A DNA stretch of 22,204 bases from positions 1 to 22,204 of the IMG/VR virus record IMGVR_UViG_2703718843_000003. The stretch is one strand, 5' to 3'. The notes beneath the pieces were generated by a model that did no database searches, was not told the DNA's origin, and saw only the letters and a list, made by a program, of their open reading frames with translations. This DNA is from a virus (lineage: Duplodnaviria; Heunggongvirae; Uroviricota; Caudoviricetes). The position numbers were made by a program, and so were the translations under genes. Every line of letters begins with the position of its first letter. Position 1 is the first letter of the stretch. Below, one piece after another: positions 16,279-22,204 of this stretch.

Positions 16279-16318
16279 AAATCACCTTTACGTTTGTACA
16301 TGTAAGGGTGATTTTTTT
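16279..16318 (+). terminator. Intergenic hairpin plus T7 tract (terminator/attenuator) that also contains the only SD-like sequence for the downstream gene
   Basis: AAATCACC (16279-16286) pairs with GGTGATTT (16307-16314), 20-nt loop, T run 16312-16318 ending at the ATG of the membrane-protein ORF; AAGGGTG in the 3' arm lies 8 nt before that ATG. Confidence 0.45.
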
Positions 16319-16918
16319 ATGGCTGATATTGATTTATCTGGACAGTCCCCAGAGCAAGGAACCACTCCTAAGGGCGATTTAGATCCTGATATCCTTATAA
16401 GGCGAGATCGACGCGATGGTATAGAGCGTAGAAGTATGCGATTAGTGCTCTCTGCCGTTGTGCTTTGTTTTGCTTGTACATTTCTATGGCAGGGGCTTAA
16501 CTTTGCTTTGGCTGTTGGAAATGGCTTGCTGGAAGCGAAAAGCAGTATTGCCACAGCGATAACACAAAAAGTAGATGCACAAACTTGTGTTTCAGCAGAA
16601 AAATGTTCTGCTTTATCTGCGGATCCGAAGATGGCTGATGAGAGGATAACACCATCTTCAGACACTAATAAAGTTAGAAAATCTATTTCTGGTTTATCCA
16701 CCGATTGGTTATCGGCCAGTTCTCTAATAGCTATTGTTGCATTCATCCTTGGTGTGGGTTTAACTTTGCTTTTGACTCTTCTTAAATCAGCATTTCAACA
16801 CCCGACAGATAAAGACTTTAGAACAAAGTCGACATCTAATACTATTGAGTTGGCCACGCCAATCAGTGAATTAATAATTGGTGTTCTGAATATAATTAAA
16901 GACAAACTATCTAAGTAA
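16319..16918 (+). CDS. Membrane protein with two predicted TM helices and a soluble N-terminal Arg/Asp-rich region
   Basis: Hydrophobic stretches RLVLSAVVLCFACTFLWQGLNFALAVG and LIAIVAFILGVGLTLLLTLL; no recognisable catalytic motif; 5' end uncertain (alternative Met at 16436). Confidence 0.65.
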   Translation: MADIDLSGQSPEQGTTPKGDLDPDILIRRDRRDGIERRSMRLVLSAVVLCFACTFLWQGLNFALAVGNGLLEAKSSIATAITQKVDAQTCVSAEKCSALSADPKMADERITPSSDTNKVRKSISGLSTDWLSASSLIAIVAFILGVGLTLLLTLLKSAFQHPTDKDFRTKSTSNTIELATPISELIIGVLNIIKDKLSK

Positions 16919-16959
16919 AGCATTAGTTGTGATTTTTTATTGGTTTTAGTGATAATACA

Positions 16960-16994
16960 TCTCCAGTACTTATTGCTACTGGAGAGTATTTTTA
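16960..16994. terminator. Bidirectional terminator between convergent cargo genes
   Basis: TCTCCAGTA-(8 nt loop)-TACTGGAGA perfect 9-bp stem followed by T-rich tract on +; 16 nt from the stop of the minus-strand 313-aa gene. Confidence 0.6.
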
Positions 16995-17000
16995 GTCGTT

Positions 17001-17942
17001 TTATATTTTTAATGTTAGTGAATGATATTCACGAGAGTTCACGTTCGATGTGATGTAATCGGGGGCGTTAACACCAAGAATCGCAACGAGCAATCGGCAA
17101 ATTAAAGCCTGCATTTGTTGTAATATGTCATCTCCATATTGATAATTGTTAATAGTGGTAAAGCCAAGTGGTTGACCATGAAACATAGCTTCATGAAAGT
17201 TTTCATTGCGGATGTTTGTAATGTTTTTTTTGCCTGTAACCCATGATGGTCGTGGTATGCCATAAGTTTTGCAGATCCACTTCAAGCGCCTGGAGTGATT
17301 TAGAGTCTTTTCTGTACACTTGTTCTTTTCTGCCCATGTTAAAGCAAAGCAACTATCCAGTGCCATATAAAGATACTGGAATTTTTCGAAGCTAAGGTAT
17401 TGTGGGTTTTGGGATAAAAATAGTGCATGCACTATTGCTGCTATATTTATTGGTGCGTGTTTGGTTTTTTTCTCGCTAGACATGTATTTGAGTGCTAATT
17501 CTATAACCTCTTTTTCAGAGCACTTGACCAGAATAAAGTCAGTTAATTTGCTGGGTTTTATTGGGGTTGCGTCTAAAAAACCGGCATCAGTAGTTGTTAA
17601 TCTTATCCCTTTGAAAAAAGACAGACACCACACAGCAAAATTGAGAGTTTCTAGTGAAGATGTATTTTTTAATTTTAGTGAGTGTGTTTTGGGTAAGCCA
17701 AATACTCGTTGGCTAAAAGGCATTGTGGATATGCCTCCATTGAGGTTATATACTTCTTGGTTTCCTGGGTATATCCAACCGTTAATAACATTTCTGTGAT
17801 TGTTTATAAGATTTGTTTTTTCCGCTAGACCGGGTAAAGTAAGTAAAGAAAAATCATCAGTTTCAACGTTAACCTCTACTGGATAGTATCCAAACTCAGC
17901 TTCAATATCATTGGATTGCTGTTCGTCAACTTTACCTTGCAT
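17001..17942 (-). CDS. Hypothetical 313-aa cargo protein, unknown family; possible HEPN-like R-x4-H motif
   Basis: Own SD (GGAG 6 nt before ATG 17942), AT-rich promoter-like sequences upstream, own terminator; R245-N-E-N-F-H250 (nt 17193-17210) fits the R-x4-6-H pattern of HEPN RNases, but no other HEPN evidence from inspection. Confidence 0.7.
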   Translation of the reverse strand: MQGKVDEQQSNDIEAEFGYYPVEVNVETDDFSLLTLPGLAEKTNLINNHRNVINGWIYPGNQEVYNLNGGISTMPFSQRVFGLPKTHSLKLKNTSSLETLNFAVWCLSFFKGIRLTTTDAGFLDATPIKPSKLTDFILVKCSEKEVIELALKYMSSEKKTKHAPINIAAIVHALFLSQNPQYLSFEKFQYLYMALDSCFALTWAEKNKCTEKTLNHSRRLKWICKTYGIPRPSWVTGKKNITNIRNENFHEAMFHGQPLGFTTINNYQYGDDILQQMQALICRLLVAILGVNAPDYITSNVNSREYHSLTLKI

Positions 17943-18179
17943 ACATTGCTCCGGTCAAAAATAGGCTCGATAATTCTCGTAAGCCTATCATGTTCGCAAA
18001 GTATCCATACCTGTGGATTTTGTAAATTTAAGTTGATTTGTCATTAAATAAGCCGTGCATGCAACAAGTGAATGTTTTTGCATGCGTCGGGGATGCCCGT
18101 TCCGGCTGCTTGCGGTCAGAGCTGGTGCGGATCCATAGTATCTAAGCAACTGCATTAAAACCGCCCTATGAAGCGGGCG

Positions 18180-18198
18180 GGCGAGGCGGGGAAAGCAC
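18180..18198. other. cos cohesive-end sequence GGCGAGGCGGGGAAAGCAC
   Basis: Exact match to the 19-nt cohesive end of P2/186/P4 as I remember it, located between the cargo island and gene Q, where cos lies in the circular P2 map. Confidence 0.7.
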
Positions 18199-18340
18199 TG
18201 CGCGCTGGCGGTGGTGCTGATTTTATTTTTTCAGCGTCTGAGCGCGTCGTGAAGGCGCTTAGTCTGCCCGTTGAGGCGTTGGTGTGTCTGCGGGGTGTTT
18301 TGTGCGGTGGTGAGCGTGTGAGGGCGTGATGACGGGGTGT

Positions 18341-18362
18341 AAAAAAGCCGCCCGCAGGCGGC
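18341..18362 (-). terminator. Terminator of the Q-P late transcript
   Basis: GCCGCC-CGCA-GGCGGC hairpin preceded on + by A6 (a U tract after the hairpin on the minus-strand transcript), 5 nt past the Q stop. Confidence 0.5.
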
Positions 18363-18367
18363 GATGT

Positions 18368-19402
18368 TCAGCCGTTGTCAGTGTCCAGTGAGTAGTTTTT
18401 AAAGCGGATGACCTCCTGACCGAGCCAGCCGTTTATCTCGCGGATCCTGTCCTGTAGCGGGATAAGCTCATTGCGGACAAAGACCTTTGCCACTTTCTCA
18501 ATATCACCCAGCGACCCGACGTTCTCCGGCTTGCCGCCCATCAACTGAAAGGGGATGCGGTGCGCGTCCAGCAGGTCAGCGGCGCTGGCTTTTTTGATAT
18601 TAAAAAAATCGTCCTTCGTCGCCACTTCACTGAGCGGGATAATTTTAATGCCGTCGGCTTTCCCCTGCGGGGCATAGAGAAACAGGTTTTTAAAGTTGTT
18701 GCGGCCTTTCGACTTCACCATGTTTTCGCGGAGCACTTCGATATCGTTGCGATCCTGCACGGCATCGGTGACGTACATGATGTATCCGGCATGTGCGCCG
18801 TTTTCGTAATACTTGCGGCGGAACAGCGTGGCCGACTCATTCAGCCAGGCAGAGTTAAGGGCGCTGAGATATTCCGGCAGGCCGTACAGCTCCTGATTAA
18901 TATCCGGCTCCAGCAGGTGAAACACGGAGCCGGGCGTGAAGGCTGTCGGCTCGTTGAAGGACGGCACCCACCAGTAAACATCCTCCTCCACGCCACGACG
19001 GGTATATTTGGCCGGTGAGGTTTCCAGTCTGATGACCTTACCGGTGGTGCTGTAACGCTTTTCCAGAAACGCATTACCGAACACCAGAAAATCCAGCACA
19101 AAGCGGCTGAAATCCTGCTGGGAAAGCCACGGATGCGGGATAAATGTCGAGGCCAGAATATTACGTTTGACGTAAATCGGGGAGCTGTGATGCACGGCAG
19201 CACGCAGGCTTTTTGCCAGACCGGTAAAGCTGATTGGTGGCTCATACCATCTGCCGTTACTGATGCACTCGACGTAATCCAGAATGTCACGGCGGTCGAG
19301 TACCGGCACCGGCTCACCAAAGGTGAATGCCTCCATTTTCGGGGCGCTGGCGGTCATTTTTTTTGCCGCAGGTTGCGGTGTTTTCCCTTTTTTCTTGCTC
19401 AT
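18368..19402 (-). CDS. Q: Portal protein gpQ
   Basis: 344 aa; position next to cos and downstream of P with TGATG stop/start overlap; sequence resembles remembered P2 Q. Confidence 0.9.
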   Translation of the reverse strand: MSKKKGKTPQPAAKKMTASAPKMEAFTFGEPVPVLDRRDILDYVECISNGRWYEPPISFTGLAKSLRAAVHHSSPIYVKRNILASTFIPHPWLSQQDFSRFVLDFLVFGNAFLEKRYSTTGKVIRLETSPAKYTRRGVEEDVYWWVPSFNEPTAFTPGSVFHLLEPDINQELYGLPEYLSALNSAWLNESATLFRRKYYENGAHAGYIMYVTDAVQDRNDIEVLRENMVKSKGRNNFKNLFLYAPQGKADGIKIIPLSEVATKDDFFNIKKASAADLLDAHRIPFQLMGGKPENVGSLGDIEKVAKVFVRNELIPLQDRIREINGWLGQEVIRFKNYSLDTDNG

Positions 19403-21174
19403 CAGTAAAACTCCAGAATGGTGGATGTCAGCGGGGTGCTGATACCGGCGGTGAGTGGCTCATTTAACAGGGCGTGCATGGTCGCCCAGGCGAGGTCGGC
19501 GTGGCTGGCTTCCTCGCTGCGGCTGGCCTCATAGGTGGCGCTGCGTCCGCTGCTGGTCATGGTCTTGCGGATAGCCATAAACGAGCTGGTGATGTCGGTG
19601 GCGCTGACGTCATATTCCAGACAGCCACGACGGATAACGTCTTTTGCCTTGAGCACCATTGCGGTTTTCATTTCCGGTGTGTAGCGGATATCGCGCGCGG
19701 CGGGATAGAACGAGCGCACGAGCTGGAACACGCCGACACCGAGGCCGGTGGCATCAATACCGATGTATTCGACGTTATATTTTTCGGTGAGTTTGCGGAT
19801 GGATTCAGCCTGGGTGGCAAAGTCCATGCCTTTCCACTGGTGACTCTCAAGTATTCTGAATTTGCCTCCGGCCACTACCGGCGGTGCCAGTACCACGCAT
19901 CCGGCGCTGTCGCCACGGTGTGACGGGTCGTAACCAATCCAGACCGGGCGGGAGCCGAACGGATTCGCGGCAAACGGCGCATAGTCTTCCCATTCTTCCA
20001 GCGTGTCGACCATGCAGCGTTGCAGCTCCTCGAACGGGAACACCGACGCCTTGTCGTCAACAAATTCACACATGAACAGGTTTTTAAAATCGTCGGCGCT
20101 GTTTTCGCGTTTAAGCTGCTCAATGTCGAACAGCGTGCAGCCACCTTTCAGGGCGTCCTCAATGGTGACAATCTGCCGCCACTGGCCGTCCGCACAGAGA
20201 AGCCCACCGGCAAGGGCGTTATGACTGACGTCGATTTCCACACGTTCGGCGGCGCTGGCGCGTCCCCGGTTGAACAGTTCACCCGACCAGAACGGGTAGG
20301 CGTCGTGCGCCAGCGTGGACGGGGTGGAGAAATAGGTCGAGCGCAGGTGACTCTGTGAGGCCATACCTGATGCCACCTTACGCAGTACCTGAAAATTCGG
20401 GATCCAGAAAATCTCGTCGACGTACAGGTCACCGTTATGGCTCTGTGCGGTGTTGGAGTTGGTGCCGAGAAAAATCAGTTTTGCGCCGTTATTGCCCAGG
20501 ACAATCGGGTCACCGGTCAGGTCAACGTCAACCAGCCGGGCAAAGGCGATGATGTATTCGCGGAACACATACGCCTGCGTTTTACTGGCCGACAGAAAAA
20601 TCTGGTTATGACCGGTTTTCAGGGCGCGCAGCAGCGCCTCGCGGGAAAAATAAAACGTTGCGCCAATCTGGCGGGATTTCAGGATATCGCGGATGCGGTG
20701 CTCAAGCCCGGCGCGATACCAGTGCAACTGATATTCGAAAGACTGCTCAAAGAAAATCTGCTCCAGCTTTTCGATGGCCTCGTCACTGAAAAAATTCTTT
20801 TTCGGTTTGCGACGCCCGCCTTTGTTGCGGTTAGCGACGTTCGGATTAAGGTCTGCCTCGTTGCCGGTCTGGCTGTAGCGGTTTACCCGTGCCAGTCGTT
20901 CAATCTGGCGTCCGAGCAGGTCAATTTCCTTGAAGTCACCGCCGGTTTTCTGCGGTTTGATGATGAGCTGGGTCAGCCGCGCTTCCAGGCTCATTTCGAC
21001 ACGGCTGATGGGGGCAACACTGTCCCAGCCGTCGCGCTGTTTCCAGCTCTGCACCGTCGGGCGTTTCATCTGCAACATGGCGGCAATCTGCGGCACGGAA
21101 AAACCCTGCCAGTACAGCAGCGCCGCCTGACGACGCGGGTCGTGTAAAAGAGTGGTGTCTGTGGTGATGGTCAT
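19402..21174 (-). CDS. P: Terminase ATPase (large) subunit gpP
   Basis: Start MTITTDTTLLHDPRRQAALLYWQG with GAGG SD 5 nt upstream; ATPase and nuclease-type regions; divergent from O as in P2. Track start 21204 is an upstream extension. Confidence 0.9.
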   Translation of the reverse strand: MTITTDTTLLHDPRRQAALLYWQGFSVPQIAAMLQMKRPTVQSWKQRDGWDSVAPISRVEMSLEARLTQLIIKPQKTGGDFKEIDLLGRQIERLARVNRYSQTGNEADLNPNVANRNKGGRRKPKKNFFSDEAIEKLEQIFFEQSFEYQLHWYRAGLEHRIRDILKSRQIGATFYFSREALLRALKTGHNQIFLSASKTQAYVFREYIIAFARLVDVDLTGDPIVLGNNGAKLIFLGTNSNTAQSHNGDLYVDEIFWIPNFQVLRKVASGMASQSHLRSTYFSTPSTLAHDAYPFWSGELFNRGRASAAERVEIDVSHNALAGGLLCADGQWRQIVTIEDALKGGCTLFDIEQLKRENSADDFKNLFMCEFVDDKASVFPFEELQRCMVDTLEEWEDYAPFAANPFGSRPVWIGYDPSHRGDSAGCVVLAPPVVAGGKFRILESHQWKGMDFATQAESIRKLTEKYNVEYIGIDATGLGVGVFQLVRSFYPAARDIRYTPEMKTAMVLKAKDVIRRGCLEYDVSATDITSSFMAIRKTMTSSGRSATYEASRSEEASHADLAWATMHALLNEPLTAGISTPLTSTILEFY

Positions 21175-21347
21175 GAATACCTCGCCGTGATGAATACACG
21201 GCAAGGCTACTGAGTCGCGACCTGCGATTCGCTAAGGTGCTGTTGTGTCAGTGATAAGCCATCCGGGACTGATGGCGGAGGATGCGCATCGTCGGGAAAC
21301 TGATGCCGACATGTGACTCCTCTAATCACTATTCAGGACTCCTGACA
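21175..21347. promoter_or_regulatory. Divergent late-promoter region between P and O (expected Ogr-dependent promoters)
   Basis: Position corresponds to the divergent late promoters of P2 (established map); contains inverted repeat GCCGTG-N7-CACGGC at 21184-21202. No exact TGT-N12-ACA element found by eye. Confidence 0.35.
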
Positions 21348-22202
21348 ATGGCAAAAAAAGTCTCAAAATTCTTTCGTATCGGCGTTGAGGGTGACACCTG
21401 TGACGGGCGTGTCATCAGTGCGCAGGATATTCAGGAAATGGCCGAAACCTTTGACCCGCGTGTCTATGGTTGCCGCATTAACCTGGAACATCTGCGTGGC
21501 ATCCTGCCTGACGGTATTTTTAAGCGTTATGGCGATGTGGTCGAACTGAAGGCCGAAAAGATTGACGACGATTCGGCGCTGAAAGGCAAATGGGCGCTGT
21601 TTGCGAAAATCACCCCGACCGATGACCTTATCGCGATGAACAAGGCCGCGCAGAAGGTCTACACCTCAATGGAAATTCAGCCGAACTTTGCCAATACCGG
21701 CAAATGTTATCTGGTGGGTCTGGCCGTCACCGATGACCCGGCAAGCCTCGGCACGGAATACCTGGAATTCTGCCGCACGGCAAAACACAACCCTCTGAAC
21801 CGCTTCAAATTAAGCCCTGAAAACCTGATTTCAGTGGCAACGCCCGTTGAGCTGGAATTTGAAGACCTGCCTGAAACCGTGTTCACCGCCCTGACCGAAA
21901 AGGTGAAATCCATTTTTGGCCGCAAACAGGCCAGCGATGACGCCCGTCTGAATGACGTGCATGAAGCGGTGACCGCTGTTGCTGAACATGTGCAGGAAAA
22001 ACTGAGCACCACTGAGCAGCGCCTCGCTGAGATGGAAAACGCCTTTTCCGCACTTAAGCAGGATGTGACTGACAGGGCGGATGAAACCAGCCAGGCATTC
22101 ACCCGCCTGAAAAACAGTCTCGACCACACCGAAAGTCTGACCCAGCAGCGCCGCAGTAAAGCCACCGGCGGTGGCGGTGACGCCCTGATGACGAACTGCT
22201 GA
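21348..22202 (+). CDS. O: Capsid scaffolding protein gpO
   Basis: MAKKVSKFFRIGVEGDTCDGRVISAQDIQEMAETFDPRVYGCRINLEHLRG is near-identical to remembered P2 gpO; complete gene ending at 22202. Track start 21282 is an upstream extension. Confidence 0.9.
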   Translation: MAKKVSKFFRIGVEGDTCDGRVISAQDIQEMAETFDPRVYGCRINLEHLRGILPDGIFKRYGDVVELKAEKIDDDSALKGKWALFAKITPTDDLIAMNKAAQKVYTSMEIQPNFANTGKCYLVGLAVTDDPASLGTEYLEFCRTAKHNPLNRFKLSPENLISVATPVELEFEDLPETVFTALTEKVKSIFGRKQASDDARLNDVHEAVTAVAEHVQEKLSTTEQRLAEMENAFSALKQDVTDRADETSQAFTRLKNSLDHTESLTQQRRSKATGGGGDALMTNC

Positions 22203-22204
22203 CC

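Noticed and set aside
18560-21147. ORFs antisense to Q and P (for example 18560-19018 +, 18841-19320 -, 19474-19923 +, 20437-21147 +)
   Set aside because: Embedded in or opposite the portal and terminase genes, whose frames are strongly supported; repetitive Gly/Arg/Ala-rich translations typical of wrong-frame GC-rich sequence.
69-21282. Longer N-terminal extensions offered by the track for invertase (69), FI (6516), D (6502), ogr (7768), int (9849), P (21204), O (21282) and orf81 (11562)
   Set aside because: Several begin at TTG/GTG; the internal ATGs have proper SDs and give N-termini matching the P2 proteins as I recall them.
21175-21347. Exact Ogr-box TGT-N12-ACA upstream of late promoters (also looked in 6472-6624)
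   Set aside because: Could not find an exact match by eye; annotated only as a candidate regulatory region because position is right but the motif is unverified.
1-22204. CRISPR array or other periodic short-repeat array
   Set aside because: No regularly spaced repeats seen; the only repeats are pairs (Int arm sites, operator repeats, the 25-bp island repeat).

Overview
This window reads as about two thirds of a P2-like (Peduovirus-type) temperate phage genome from an enterobacterial host, with three accessory cargo loci; no similarity search was run, so calls rest on recognisable protein sequences, motifs and remembered P2 gene order. Order: serine DNA invertase (+) | tail genes U, T, E/E', FII, FI (all -) | D, ogr (+) | lipoprotein cargo (+) | attP-like region | int, C (-) | cox, B, four small ORFs, A (+) | AT-rich cargo island | cos | Q, P (-) | O (+). 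The main candidate for a new system is the cargo island between gene A and cos (14630-18179), the position P2 uses for tin/old. It holds an orphan ImmA/IrrE-type HEXXH metallopeptidase, a 2-TM membrane protein, a convergent 313-aa orphan with an R-x4-H motif, and a possible 37-codon mini-gene flanked by direct repeats. Other notable points: a signal-peptide lipoprotein between ogr and attP; the FI-to-U tail block is inverted relative to D/ogr compared with P2; cos and the ogr-att-int junction are both intact in one contiguous window; an invertase with a crossover-like site sits at the left edge; and the E/E' slippery site is conserved. No rRNA, tRNA or CRISPR array was seen.
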